Positions 42,496 through 53,541 of a DNA stretch of 64,000 bases are shown here, piece by piece. Below the pieces are notes generated by a model. It was not told the DNA's origin, ran no database searches, and saw nothing but the letters and a program-made list of their open reading frames with translations. Made by a program: the position numbers and the translations under genes. Positions within the stretch are counted from its first letter, which is position 1. Every line of letters starts with the position of its first letter. This DNA comes from Methanobacteriota archaeon (GTDB lineage Archaea; Thermoplasmatota; Thermoplasmata; SG8-5; JAGLSY01), in the NCBI GenBank assembly GCA_020696385.1, contig JAEHCQ010000001.1, positions 288,001 to 352,000 on the forward strand. Direction: 5' to 3'.

Positions 42496-45309
42496 ATGAA
42501 ATTGAAATTATTAGCAGTCACAGTGACTGCCATGTTGATAATGAGTGGGTTTGGACTATTAGCTGTTAGTGGTGACACTGGAGAATCGGTCCAACTGAAT
42601 AGTGGAGTAACTGCCAGTTATGGCCTCATTCCAGATTATGAGCCAAATGCATTCGTACCCAGGACGATCCTCATGGAGGACTTCACGAATTGGGGATGTG
42701 TTCCCTGTGCGGATTACGCCACATATTTGGACCCGGCACTGGACAATTACAATTATGAAGAGATCGCACCAATTTACTATCATTGGTACTTCCCAGATCC
42801 AGAAGATGCAGTAGACAATTACATGGAACTGGAGCAGGATCCGACAGAGGTCGAGGTCTACTATTCGAGACAGAGGAATGATAACAACTATGCGCCCAAC
42901 ACATACATTGATGGTTGGGACTATCCTGAGACCCGGGATCAAGCTGCACTCGAATCGTATTTTGACGGGCGCTTGAACCAATCAGCATACCCTGCCAATA
43001 TTACAATAACCACTTCAGGTGCTATTGACGATATTGGGCTGACTGGCTCAATTGACATCAATGTCATGATAGAAGAGCCTATTTCAAACGCTGGGGACCT
43101 GAGATTGTTCGCTCAATTATGGGAGAATAACATCACAAGGACCGTTCAGGGAGATGCACCACCATATCCAAATGGTGAAACGTGGATGAGATGGGCATGC
43201 TGGGATATGGTGCTGACCGAGGACGGATATGATATTTCAGCATTGGATACCCCTGGGGAATATATAGACCTCAATGTGCCTTTCGACATTGAAGCGGAAT
43301 GGGATCCTGACGAGATTGGAATGACGGTGTTTGTAACACATGCGACTATTGACAATTACTTGGTTGAACAGGCCAAAGTCGAGCTCTTTGACAATGCTGC
43401 TCCGGCAGTGACATTGGTGTCTCCAGCCCCCGCAGTTGCCGAGCAGATCTTGAGCGGTTCTGTGGACATTGAATGGACAGCTTCAGATCTTGAAGATGTG
43501 GATGATTCCACCCTTGATATCTCCATTGATTATAGTGCAGATGGCGGTTCATCATGGACAACCATTTATTCCGGAACTGACAACAATGTTGCTCCATACA
43601 CATACACGTGGGACACCACAACTGCAATAGAAGGTGACGGAATTGGCTACAAGATTAAAGTCATAGCTGTTGATTCAGGAGGTTTTACTGGCAATGGCGC
43701 AAGTCAGGAATTGCTTTCAATAGACAATGTCGTGGATGACACATGGTTCTTCCAGATGGATGGGCCTTTTGACCTTAATACGGCACCTGCAGAGACAAGT
43801 GCTAATATTGCAACGGTAATCGTACCTGACGGTGGAGATTATCTGGTAGGGGCCTGGGAGACCACACAGACCTTCTCAGGTAAGAGCATAAACGGCGATT
43901 GGACATTCAACGTATATGGAAAGAGCCCTGATCCTCAGTTACAAGGTTACCTGTATGCCAAGATGTTCACATCATCAAATCCTGGAACTCCATTGGATAC
44001 AACCATTCTTGACACAGAGGATGTAGGAACCTTCCAGGCAAGCAATCTTTTCACTTGGACAGATTCATTGACTGGAACAATTGGAGATGGAGACGGCGTG
44101 ATCGTAGAGATTTGGTTAAGTGCAGTAGGAGGCCCATGGCCACCATTATCACTCGAATCCGCCAATCCTGGATTTGATACTGGTACCACTTCATGGACTT
44201 ATGCCGATGTTGCAGACGGAAATGGAGATGTTACCGGGAATCATCAAACCTCCGCAGGGAATCCTGGTGGTTATGTTGATGTTTACATGACTCCCCCCAC
44301 AAGAGGTTCAGATCCAAGAGAGATAGGGTGTGGTTACTGGGAGATCCCAATAACTACAGGGTGCATACCTTCTGTAGCTACCTTGGAATTCGATTGGACT
44401 TGCTTGCAGGTGGGCAGTGATCTAGAATTCACTTATGCCTATGTCTTCCTCGACACATGGTCAGGCGGACCAGGTGGAGGAACCCCTGACCTTATTTCAG
44501 CTTCGGTTTGGAATCAAGCTGTAAGCTCAACCTCAGGCTGGGCTTCAGTTGGTCCCATTGATGTGAGTGGTATCATGAATGCTGACACCACATACTTCCT
44601 GAAGCTGGTGTGGAGAACTGCTTATCTTAGAGGTTCTGGCACTTATGAGTTAGGATTTGACAATGCCAAGGTATCCTGGGAACAACCATCACCATCGTTT
44701 GAAATGGAATACGATTATGGTACAACGCAGTCAAATGTTGAGCCAACCATCGGGACCGGAGCACCACCAGTGAACTACGATGTCGACACTAGCGCAGCAG
44801 TAGCTGGAGATTGGGTCTTTGTATCATTCCCAATAACTGCATCCGGAGATGTGTTAACAGTTCTCGATGATGCGAACTGGGGTAATGGCGACACCACATG
44901 GGAGACCATCTGCTGGTACGATCCAACTGAGGTCGATCATTGGAAGACCTATGACAAGGCACAATTCGCTGCTGGTATCGCACAGGACATGCCAAACGTG
45001 AACAATGCTATGGGCATGTGGGTGAAACTCACAACAGCAGGAGCACTCCTGACTGTTGGCCAGGGACAAGAACCAACAAGCACAGGTATCAGTCTGGATG
45101 CTGGTTGGAACCTAGTTGGTTATCCCGCACAGGATGATTCAACCTACGATGTTCTGGACCTGAAAACAGCGACAGGCGCATCCATGGTTGAAGGCTACGG
45201 TGCTGGACCATACGGAATCGTCACACTCGCAGACAACTATGTCTTGCAGCGTGGTGAGGCGTACTGGGTCTATGTCGGAGTCGGCGGAACCTGGACAGTC
45301 AACTGGTAA
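42496..45309 (+). CDS. Secreted Omp28/thioredoxin-like (CxxC) modular protein with shared C-terminal domain
   Basis: Signal peptide; LMEDFTNWGCVPC; APNTYIDG; C-terminal 177 aa nearly identical to the S8 protease. ATG 42496 follows GAGGAGG; track start is 42466. Confidence 0.82.
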   Translation: MKLKLLAVTVTAMLIMSGFGLLAVSGDTGESVQLNSGVTASYGLIPDYEPNAFVPRTILMEDFTNWGCVPCADYATYLDPALDNYNYEEIAPIYYHWYFPDPEDAVDNYMELEQDPTEVEVYYSRQRNDNNYAPNTYIDGWDYPETRDQAALESYFDGRLNQSAYPANITITTSGAIDDIGLTGSIDINVMIEEPISNAGDLRLFAQLWENNITRTVQGDAPPYPNGETWMRWACWDMVLTEDGYDISALDTPGEYIDLNVPFDIEAEWDPDEIGMTVFVTHATIDNYLVEQAKVELFDNAAPAVTLVSPAPAVAEQILSGSVDIEWTASDLEDVDDSTLDISIDYSADGGSSWTTIYSGTDNNVAPYTYTWDTTTAIEGDGIGYKIKVIAVDSGGFTGNGASQELLSIDNVVDDTWFFQMDGPFDLNTAPAETSANIATVIVPDGGDYLVGAWETTQTFSGKSINGDWTFNVYGKSPDPQLQGYLYAKMFTSSNPGTPLDTTILDTEDVGTFQASNLFTWTDSLTGTIGDGDGVIVEIWLSAVGGPWPPLSLESANPGFDTGTTSWTYADVADGNGDVTGNHQTSAGNPGGYVDVYMTPPTRGSDPREIGCGYWEIPITTGCIPSVATLEFDWTCLQVGSDLEFTYAYVFLDTWSGGPGGGTPDLISASVWNQAVSSTSGWASVGPIDVSGIMNADTTYFLKLVWRTAYLRGSGTYELGFDNAKVSWEQPSPSFEMEYDYGTTQSNVEPTIGTGAPPVNYDVDTSAAVAGDWVFVSFPITASGDVLTVLDDANWGNGDTTWETICWYDPTEVDHWKTYDKAQFAAGIAQDMPNVNNAMGMWVKLTTAGALLTVGQGQEPTSTGISLDAGWNLVGYPAQDDSTYDVLDLKTATGASMVEGYGAGPYGIVTLADNYVLQRGEAYWVYVGVGGTWTVNW

Positions 45310-45365
45310 GCAGGAGAAAGAAAGAAATGAGAGAGCCCTATGGGCTCTCTCCCATTTAATTTTTT
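44776..45365 (+). repeat. Copy 2 of the C-terminal-domain plus terminator cassette
   Basis: See 3439-4028. Confidence 0.95.
45329..45365 (+). terminator. Hairpin plus T-rich terminator
   Basis: GAGAGAGCCC-TAT-GGGCTCTCTC followed by CCATTTAATTTTTT. Confidence 0.75.
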
Positions 45366-45444
45366 AATAAAATCACCATCATAATCAAATATGAAAACAT
45401 ATTCACAGTTACATATCATTCAATAATTAACAGAGGAAGATAAA

Positions 45445-48123
45445 ATGAAGAAAACACAGCTCAGCATGATAATAGTAGGAATATTGACATTGGCCCTAAT
45501 GATGCCAATCTTTACTAGCTTAGTAGAGAGTAGACCTGCAGAGGAAAGCACACCGGCTTCTGTACCCATGCATCCCGACGATTTCGTTGTGGACTGGTGG
45601 ACCTCCCCAGAATACCCATTGGGAGCAAATTGGACAACAGGGCTCGGTGGGGATATCATAACTGTATATATCCAGTTCAACAGCAGCTATATCGATTATG
45701 CTGAATTGCAAAATGCAAAATGCACCACGATTTGTACTGTGAATCCTACTTGGGAAGTCATGACCTACACGGGCGCGGACAATATCTGGTCCTGCAACCT
45801 CCCCGGCGACTGGGACGTGGGATGGGACGTATACCAATATTCCACAAACTCAGGTGAATACACTGCTTTCCAAATATATGTCGAGAACTCAACATCTTGG
45901 GATTATGGAGTTTACCCTGATGAAGATGGTGATGGCAATTACCAAGCATACGACACGTGGCCACACATATATCCAGCAATCCCACCGACCCAGATCAATG
46001 CCACCACTCAAGTCTCCAAGGCGGTTCTGTACCCTGGAGAGACATTCGATGTTTTTGGAAGCGCGCATTACTGGCCAAGCACTTCATACCCTGGCAATTA
46101 TTCTAGGCTTATTCCTGTTACAGAGACCAATGTGTCTATAACTCTCAATCCGACCTACGATGGAAAGACCGATGCCAATGGTGATTATTCCTTCACTATC
46201 CAGGCCCCTACAACACCAGGATTCTACAATATCAGTACAGACATGACAAATGATACCAAGAACTGGGCTGGCAATGAATCAAGGAATGTGCCATGTGTGT
46301 CTGGTGATGTGATGATCCAGGTTCTGGATATCGATATCGATGTAAATGCAGTTCCCAATGCCACCTACCCGGACAAGAATATTTCTGTCAATGGAGATGC
46401 ATTATGGGAAGATGCCAGCGCAGTGGCGACCTCTCCGGTTAACATCACGATAGTGGAGACTGGCGACTATTGGAATACAAACACAGATGCTGCTGGACTC
46501 TATGATCAGATCATAACTGTTCCAAGCACTCCCAACACTTACACTGTGAATGTGGAAGTCGAGGATGCGGCTACTGGCCATATCAAGACTGGACAGACCA
46601 CGATAGAGGTCCAGACACCGACAATGAACCTGACAGCCGAGTCCAGTGCCAGCACAGCACTCCCGGATCAGACCCTGACCATAACTGGACATGCGGAGTA
46701 TGGGAACGGAGACAATGCGACAAATGCCGAGGTCAATATCACATTGAACGGTGTCGCTGATGTGTACTGGAACAGTACGACAGATGCCAATGGGGATTAT
46801 TCCATTGATATCACCACACCTTTGACCCCGGATACCTACACTATCAATATCACAGCAGAGAGCCCATTGTACACGGGCTTGATGGCCTACAATGAGACCG
46901 ACATTTTGGTAACGGCGGTTCCAGTGCCAGATCTTGTATTGGCAAACACGGACATAATCATAACAGCCGCAGATGGTCTATTCGATGGCGAGGACATTGA
47001 CATAACCGTTAAAATTAAAAACACAGGCATAGCCAATGCGACTGGCGTGTTGGTCACCTTTGATATTAATGACATCGAGATAGATAACAAGACCATTGAC
47101 GTATCACAGGGTGGAAGCACCAATATCACCATCACCTGGGAAGCTGTACAGGGCAATAACACACTCAATATCTCTGTGGATCCTCTGAATGCGATCGAGG
47201 AATCATTCGAGAACAATAACAATGCCTCAAAGATTCTGATCATAGACATCGACACAGATGGGGATGGAATAGGAGATTCATCAGATATCGACATTGATGG
47301 GGATGGATACAACAATACGGATGATGAATTCCCACTGGACGATGATGAATGGCTGGATACGGATGGGGACAGCGAGGGCGACAATGAGGACACCGATGAT
47401 GATAATGACGGTGTGCTGGATGTCGATGACGCATTCCCATTAGATGATACAGAGGACACGGATACCGATGGCGATGGTGTCGGAGATAATGCAGATACCG
47501 ACGATGATGATGACGGTGTGCTGGATGTTAACGACTCATTCCCATTGGACGATACCGAGACAGAGGACTATGATGGTGACGGTATTGGAGACAATGCAGA
47601 CACCGATGATGATGAAGATGGCTATCTGGATGCGACAGAGGATCCCGAACTGCATGACACGGACAATGATGGATTGACCAATGATATCGACAATGACGAT
47701 GATAATGATGGAAAGGTCGATACAGCAGACACCATGCCTTATGACACGGACAATGATGGATTGACCAATGCCGAAGACACCGATGATGATGGTGACGGAG
47801 TATTGGACAAGGACGAGGATCTGAACTGGAACGGAATAGTGGACGATGATGAGACCGACTGGACCAACTCCGACACAGATGGAGATGGGGTGAATGACAA
47901 GGATGACTATGCTCCACTTGATCCAGAGGTCATGTTCAGCACGGATGTTGAGGATGATAGCGGAAGCATAATGCCATTTGCCATTCTTGGAATAGTATTG
48001 ATAGTCGTGGCTGTCGTAGCTATAATGATGATGGGAAAAGGCAAGGGACCGAATAAAACAGGAGAAGAAGCACCTTCAGAGACCGAGCCAGAAGCTCAGA
48101 AAGAGGAAATACCAGAACAGTGA
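45445..48123 (+). CDS. Membrane-anchored surface protein with Ig-like modules, CARDB and thrombospondin type-3 (DxDxDG) repeats
   Basis: Signal peptide; TDANGDYS repeats; PDL...EESFENNN; many DTDGDG/DDDNDG repeats; C-terminal TM helix. Confidence 0.85.
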   Translation: MKKTQLSMIIVGILTLALMMPIFTSLVESRPAEESTPASVPMHPDDFVVDWWTSPEYPLGANWTTGLGGDIITVYIQFNSSYIDYAELQNAKCTTICTVNPTWEVMTYTGADNIWSCNLPGDWDVGWDVYQYSTNSGEYTAFQIYVENSTSWDYGVYPDEDGDGNYQAYDTWPHIYPAIPPTQINATTQVSKAVLYPGETFDVFGSAHYWPSTSYPGNYSRLIPVTETNVSITLNPTYDGKTDANGDYSFTIQAPTTPGFYNISTDMTNDTKNWAGNESRNVPCVSGDVMIQVLDIDIDVNAVPNATYPDKNISVNGDALWEDASAVATSPVNITIVETGDYWNTNTDAAGLYDQIITVPSTPNTYTVNVEVEDAATGHIKTGQTTIEVQTPTMNLTAESSASTALPDQTLTITGHAEYGNGDNATNAEVNITLNGVADVYWNSTTDANGDYSIDITTPLTPDTYTINITAESPLYTGLMAYNETDILVTAVPVPDLVLANTDIIITAADGLFDGEDIDITVKIKNTGIANATGVLVTFDINDIEIDNKTIDVSQGGSTNITITWEAVQGNNTLNISVDPLNAIEESFENNNNASKILIIDIDTDGDGIGDSSDIDIDGDGYNNTDDEFPLDDDEWLDTDGDSEGDNEDTDDDNDGVLDVDDAFPLDDTEDTDTDGDGVGDNADTDDDDDGVLDVNDSFPLDDTETEDYDGDGIGDNADTDDDEDGYLDATEDPELHDTDNDGLTNDIDNDDDNDGKVDTADTMPYDTDNDGLTNAEDTDDDGDGVLDKDEDLNWNGIVDDDETDWTNSDTDGDGVNDKDDYAPLDPEVMFSTDVEDDSGSIMPFAILGIVLIVVAVVAIMMMGKGKGPNKTGEEAPSETEPEAQKEEIPEQ

Positions 48124-48151
48124 GGTAAGCAAAGCGGAATAGGTAATACAC

Positions 48152-51100
48152 ATGCAGCTCAGCACTTACAGAAGGACATCGCAGATAGCATTCCTGATCA
48201 TCACACTGTCAGGAATACTCTTTGGGCTGAGCACGACTGGAATTATCTATCCTTATTTCTTCTGTTATTCATGTCCATGGGATGTGGGAGCTTGCCCTAT
48301 CGGAATACTGGAACATTCGGTCATTGATATTCAGATCGAAGGATTGTTCTGGACTGGTATGGCCATGCTTGGTTTCCTCATCGGATTCCTGGTCCTGATG
48401 GGAATGATGTTCGGAAGAGGATTCTGCGGCTGGGGATGCCCAATTGGCGCACTTCAGGATGTCACCAATAAAACTGGTATTGGCAAATACTTGAACAAAA
48501 AGATAGGTGGAGAGATCGATCACCGTGTCAAGTACATCAAATATCTCATATTGATAGCAATACCCTTCCTATCTTACTATTACATGGACCTGTTCTATAC
48601 CACGTTCTGTCCGGTAGGTGGCATTACTGGAACCGTACCGACACTGATCTTCTATGCCTCGGACTGGACCCTGGGAACCACCTTCCCGATAAAGATCACT
48701 TCCATCGTGCTTTTCGTTATACTGATACTATTGGTCGTTAGAGGATGGTGCAAGTACCTGTGTCCAGTGGGCGCATTCTTGGCTCCACTGAATTACAAAT
48801 CCGCTATTAACCTATCAAGGAATGAGGGATCATGTACCAACTGCAATCTCTGTGAAAGAGCATGCCCTATGGATGTAAAGGGCATGGGGAGACATGAGGA
48901 TGCGGAGTGCATCCTATGTGGCCGATGCGTAGACAATTGCAGGCATGGATCTCTGAAGCTGGGTTCCAGATTCGCAAAAGGAAAGATGGCTGGTTTCCTG
49001 CCATGGATCATCGTCGTATTGCTTGCATCATCACTCATGGTCGCCGGAGCCTACAATGCAGGCTATGAACGTGTGGATGCTATCAATGCCATACCTTGCT
49101 TGGGATGCCTGGCTCTTGATCCTGTGAGCCCGGATGAATGGTTCTTCAGTGATTCGGACACGATCAATGAGGATGGTACTGGAAATCATCAAGACTTTGT
49201 TATGGAGGATCTTGGCAATAGCCCCGTGTTCCTTCATTATCGAACCATAGTATGTGCGGCATGCGATGAGATGGAGCCGCATATAGAGGAATTGGAAGAT
49301 GAGTATGGGGAACAGATCAAGTTCATACACATCAATCTCGATCTCGCACCTGAGGATGAGGTGGACAGTTACTATGATTACGATGTACTGGGTGAGGTGG
49401 ATGACACTTCAGGAGTTCCACTTTTTGCCATAGTCACCCTCAATGAGACCGCGGACGGAGTTGTACCGGTATTCAAATCAGTATATGGTTCATCCAGTGA
49501 TGCTGGTGCTTCCAAGAAAGATGATCTGAAGATCGTCATAGAAGAAGCTATTGCAAGATACCAGGAAGCAGCTGGACCGATCTCTGTTGTAGATACAGGC
49601 AAGATGCCTTTTGTCGAGCTTTTCGTTGATGAGGCATGTGTCAATTGCCCGGTCACAGAAGAGGTCCTAATGGAATTCGAACATGATGGCATCTCCAACT
49701 ATGTGGCATACAATACGAATTCCCCGACCACATCAGGCAATTATTCCAGCTATATGGAAAGCTTTTATCAATTGGATATAAATGATAATCCAAATGGCAG
49801 TCTGGGTCACCCATGGGCCATCTTCAATGGAGGTCCGGTCAATAAACTTGGCGGGGGATCAATGGCAAACTTGGATGATGTCGCAGACCTGTATATGACG
49901 TTGATATCCAGCTCGGACATGGCAGATACAAATATCTCCATCGAAGGGGAATTGAGCGAGTCATCTGGAGCCTTAGAAACAAGCATGTCGATCCTCAATA
50001 TAGAAAACTCCACCCATTCGGTTCTTGTCAAGGCCATGCTTGTGGAGAAAGTATCCAGATTCCCAAATATCCATGGAGATCCAATACCAAATGCCTTCAT
50101 AGATCTCATAGTGAATCAGACCTATGATCTGGTAGGAAATGAGATAGAGTTCGTCAATATCACATGGGATGGAACTGATGCACTGGCTTATTCGGATTTC
50201 AGACTAAGCAATCTTGGTGTGGTCATAACCATCTGGCAGGATGGAGTGCTTGTGAACTCGAAGATGATAGATGCTGGCCTGGAGGAAGTACTTCTCTGGG
50301 AAGTTGATAAGGATGTCAAGGCCATAGAGACCAACAGTTCCGCAACATTCGACCTGACACTATGGAACTATCAGGATACTGCAATTCCAGTTAACCTTTC
50401 CAGCATACAGTTAACCTCCCTAAACCAATGGACCGTGGATCTATCTGATAATGATCTCACTATCCCGGCCATGGGATCTCAGATCTTGACAGTGGAAGTC
50501 GGCAATGTCGCCAGTTCTATTGGCGACATTGCCGAGTTCAACATCAGGGCTAGAGGGGTCTATGACAGCACCATTGACATTAGTCAAAAGCTCACACTTC
50601 TGGTAAAGGATGACATAATTCCTCCAATAATAGCCAGTACCGGACACACACCGGTGGATGCGAAATCCACCGACCTCATTGAAATGTCTGCAGTGGTCGG
50701 GGATCTATCACCTGTCGAAGTGAAGGTGCTTTATTACTCCTGCACTGACGAGGTATGCTCCGCCACCTTCGAGATCAATATGACAACGACTGACGGTAAT
50801 ACCTACACCGCCAGTGCTTATGCGATAGAAGATATACATAATATATTCCATTACAAGATAATCGCAGAGGATGAGGCAGGAAATATCCAGGAAAGTGAAT
50901 GGCTGGATGCACATCTCATACCTGTGGAAGAGGGACATCATGGAGAAGAAACCTCAGACCCAGAAGCCTTCAATACCATGGGCATCGCGGTATTGATATT
51001 GTTCGCAATGGTCGCTATTGGATTGAATATTGCAAGGATAGTTCGGAAACCGAAGAAGTCTGGCAAGACTGTTGAGAAGACAGATGATATCGAAGAGGAT

Positions 51101-51157
51101 GAAGAAGCGGATGAACAGGATATCGTGGAAGAAGATACATCAGATCAGGATGAGTAA
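48152..51157 (+). CDS. Membrane NapH/MauN-like polyferredoxin fused to thioredoxin and Omp28-like CxxC domains
   Basis: GRGFCGWGCP, RGWCKYLCP, CTNCNLCERACP and CILCGRCVDNC; then a TM helix, CLGC, CAAC, VELF....CVNCP and a final TM helix. Confidence 0.82.
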   Translation: MQLSTYRRTSQIAFLIITLSGILFGLSTTGIIYPYFFCYSCPWDVGACPIGILEHSVIDIQIEGLFWTGMAMLGFLIGFLVLMGMMFGRGFCGWGCPIGALQDVTNKTGIGKYLNKKIGGEIDHRVKYIKYLILIAIPFLSYYYMDLFYTTFCPVGGITGTVPTLIFYASDWTLGTTFPIKITSIVLFVILILLVVRGWCKYLCPVGAFLAPLNYKSAINLSRNEGSCTNCNLCERACPMDVKGMGRHEDAECILCGRCVDNCRHGSLKLGSRFAKGKMAGFLPWIIVVLLASSLMVAGAYNAGYERVDAINAIPCLGCLALDPVSPDEWFFSDSDTINEDGTGNHQDFVMEDLGNSPVFLHYRTIVCAACDEMEPHIEELEDEYGEQIKFIHINLDLAPEDEVDSYYDYDVLGEVDDTSGVPLFAIVTLNETADGVVPVFKSVYGSSSDAGASKKDDLKIVIEEAIARYQEAAGPISVVDTGKMPFVELFVDEACVNCPVTEEVLMEFEHDGISNYVAYNTNSPTTSGNYSSYMESFYQLDINDNPNGSLGHPWAIFNGGPVNKLGGGSMANLDDVADLYMTLISSSDMADTNISIEGELSESSGALETSMSILNIENSTHSVLVKAMLVEKVSRFPNIHGDPIPNAFIDLIVNQTYDLVGNEIEFVNITWDGTDALAYSDFRLSNLGVVITIWQDGVLVNSKMIDAGLEEVLLWEVDKDVKAIETNSSATFDLTLWNYQDTAIPVNLSSIQLTSLNQWTVDLSDNDLTIPAMGSQILTVEVGNVASSIGDIAEFNIRARGVYDSTIDISQKLTLLVKDDIIPPIIASTGHTPVDAKSTDLIEMSAVVGDLSPVEVKVLYYSCTDEVCSATFEINMTTTDGNTYTASAYAIEDIHNIFHYKIIAEDEAGNIQESEWLDAHLIPVEEGHHGEETSDPEAFNTMGIAVLILFAMVAIGLNIARIVRKPKKSGKTVEKTDDIEEDEEADEQDIVEEDTSDQDE

Positions 51158-51177
51158 GAATTAGACTGAAAACATCC

Positions 51178-51858
51178 TTATGATCCGGGCTTCCATTGCG
51201 CCTTGATCTTCTTGTATTCTTTCTGTGTCTTGATCATCCACTTGATCTTGTTCCTTTTGCCTTTATGATTACGCACAGAGGTTATGACCATGATGTCTGG
51301 ACATTGGACTGCTTTTGCTCCATGTACATCTCGCACCCTCACACTTAACTCGATATCCTCCAAGTAAGAGTCCTCACTGAATCCTCCAGTTTTCAAAAAG
51401 AAATCCCTGCGGTATGATGAGTTTCCCCCGAATAACATAGTGTACCGGGATTGCCGTGTTCGCCAGTTGAATATCCTAAATGAAAGCCTATTTCTGAAGC
51501 CATCCTCCATGGGCCACAGAAGCCCGCCAGCAGCCATGACAACAGGATCCTTGCGATACACTTCCATGTACTTCCTGATCCAATCCCCAGGTGCGGTGGT
51601 GTCAGCATCGATAAAAAGGATGACTTCGCCTTTGGCCTCCTTTACACCCACGTTCCTGGCATTCCAAACACCGCCCTTATCCAGATCCAGTACACGGTCG
51701 GCTAACTTACCAGCCACCTCGACCGTATTATCCGTGGTATTATTGACGACCACGATTATCTCATAATTCCCATCATAATCCTGATCCTTCAGAGCCTGGA
51801 GGGTCTTGGTTATACGACTGGCCTCGTTCATGGCCGGAATTACCACACTGCAATCCAT
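51178..51858 (-). CDS. Glycosyltransferase family 2
   Basis: SVVIPAMNE, ARNVG, FIDAD and GGF..EDIEL motifs. Confidence 0.92.
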   Translation of the reverse strand: MDCSVVIPAMNEASRITKTLQALKDQDYDGNYEIIVVVNNTTDNTVEVAGKLADRVLDLDKGGVWNARNVGVKEAKGEVILFIDADTTAPGDWIRKYMEVYRKDPVVMAAGGLLWPMEDGFRNRLSFRIFNWRTRQSRYTMLFGGNSSYRRDFFLKTGGFSEDSYLEDIELSVRVRDVHGAKAVQCPDIMVITSVRNHKGKRNKIKWMIKTQKEYKKIKAQWKPGS

Positions 51859-51914
51859 GCCATTGGTTAAGTCATGGGATTATTAAAAATGAGAATATGA
51901 AAATAAGAAAAAAT

Positions 51915-51944
51915 ATGAAAGGCGGGAAGAATATCGCCTTTCAT
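51915..51944 (-). terminator. Terminator hairpin
   Basis: ATGAAAGGCG/CGCCTTTCAT stem with a T-rich tail on the minus strand, downstream of the gene ending at 51977. Confidence 0.6.
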
Positions 51945-51976
51945 TTGTTGGGCTTTATCTTAATGTGTGGCCAAGT

Positions 51977-53434
51977 CTATGGCAATGTCCTGACCCGCTT
52001 GATGCCACGGTATGCGATAGCTCCAACTGCCACACCTGCTGTCGCTATCAGAGCAAGCTCGGCAATCGCATAAACAGGGTTGACAAAACCAATGCCGATA
52101 TCTAGGAACAGGGCATTTGCCACATAGCTGGGGTCATGGAAAATATCATGCCCCATCGGGTAGATATATCCGCCAAGGAATATGATGCCATTGACATATC
52201 CATCATCATTGTCCGATGGCCATTCTATATTCTCACCCGCATGGATCTGGAATGTCATGTTCTTCTCCTCCTTGTCCACTGTGACATTGCTCACCCAGCT
52301 CATGACACCTACTTTCTGCCAGTTATCCTTGAAGATCACCTCGTCCTTGGTCAATTGCTGTGCACCATCCGGAATGCCGTCCGTGGACATGATATCAGCA
52401 TGTCCACCTGTGAAGGTCTCGATCTCGGCTATCCCAGATGCGTTTTTTGTTGTAGCATTAAGGAATGCCACATCCAACCAGTCCTGAACAAAGGTGGGTA
52501 TGAAAGTTCCAAAGGCTGTGGCTGTCTCCAGCATCAGATAATTATCCTTGCTCTGATAATCCCAGTCCTTTATCCAATGGTCGAACTTGAATTCAGTTGT
52601 CAATGATTTACCAGCAAACTCTTTGGTCCCTGTCTCTTCAGAATTTATGACCTTGCTGCCATCATGCGTCACCCTGTACCACGGTATGCTGGCATTGAAA
52701 TCATCCACTCTGGTTCCCATGTGGAAAGTGAAGGCTACATCATGCGCTTTCCCATCTCTTTCCTCACCAGGCCTGGAGCCATCATCATTCACACCTGGCT
52801 CATTATCCCAGATCTTGGAGTAGAGCAAGTTCTTATTGCTCAGGGTGAATGTCCATTCCTTCTCTGTTGTTCCCACTGTGGATACTTCAGTTATTTCGGA
52901 TACATCCCAGCTCCTGTTAAGATCCAGGATCTTGTGTACTGGCTCGACAGATCCAATACTGAAATTAGAAAGACCACAGCCTGCATTGTCAAAGTCAAAA
53001 AGACCATTGTCAGCCCCGATCATCTCATTGTTCCAGGGATCGAGATATCCATCATCAGTGAACTCAATAAGAGCTGCCAATTTCTGAACATACACCGTCA
53101 GAACTGGAATACCTGTTTCTGGCATCATCATGCCACCACTCTCAGATCTTACTTCCGCTCCTCCCAGGAATCTTAGATGTGCTGATACTATGGTTATTGA
53201 ATTATTATGTGTCTCATTACCATACACGACACCGAACCATGCGAAAGCATTGCCCTTGGTCATATTGATCGCCACATAGTCTCCACCATCCCATTCCGTG
53301 GTTGTTCCAGTCTCTATCTCTATCATATCTTCAAGCTCTAGTGTCTCGGCCCTTGCCATCCCCGGAGCCAGAGCCCCAAAGCATAGAAGGAGGGAAAGGG
53401 ACATCACCGTAATTTTTGTCAACATCATTCTCAT
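51977..53434 (-). CDS. Hypothetical membrane-anchored beta-rich protein
   Basis: Signal peptide, beta-rich ectodomain ending IFHDPS, C-terminal TM helix and basic tail. Confidence 0.75.
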   Translation of the reverse strand: MRMMLTKITVMSLSLLLCFGALAPGMARAETLELEDMIEIETGTTTEWDGGDYVAINMTKGNAFAWFGVVYGNETHNNSITIVSAHLRFLGGAEVRSESGGMMMPETGIPVLTVYVQKLAALIEFTDDGYLDPWNNEMIGADNGLFDFDNAGCGLSNFSIGSVEPVHKILDLNRSWDVSEITEVSTVGTTEKEWTFTLSNKNLLYSKIWDNEPGVNDDGSRPGEERDGKAHDVAFTFHMGTRVDDFNASIPWYRVTHDGSKVINSEETGTKEFAGKSLTTEFKFDHWIKDWDYQSKDNYLMLETATAFGTFIPTFVQDWLDVAFLNATTKNASGIAEIETFTGGHADIMSTDGIPDGAQQLTKDEVIFKDNWQKVGVMSWVSNVTVDKEEKNMTFQIHAGENIEWPSDNDDGYVNGIIFLGGYIYPMGHDIFHDPSYVANALFLDIGIGFVNPVYAIAELALIATAGVAVGAIAYRGIKRVRTLP

Positions 53435-53541
53435 ACCTCTGATAAGGACATTGCCGATCAGGGGGTATATAAGGCCATGAAGCAGTTTTCCTGCCCATTG
53501 TTTCCTATGTTTTTAAATAGGATGTTTACAAATGAAATAGC

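Noticed and set aside
47240-47930. GAT/GAC-rich repeats (including a 30-bp repeat at 47654 and 47741) as a DNA repeat array
   Set aside because: Explained by thrombospondin type-3 DxDxDG coding repeats.
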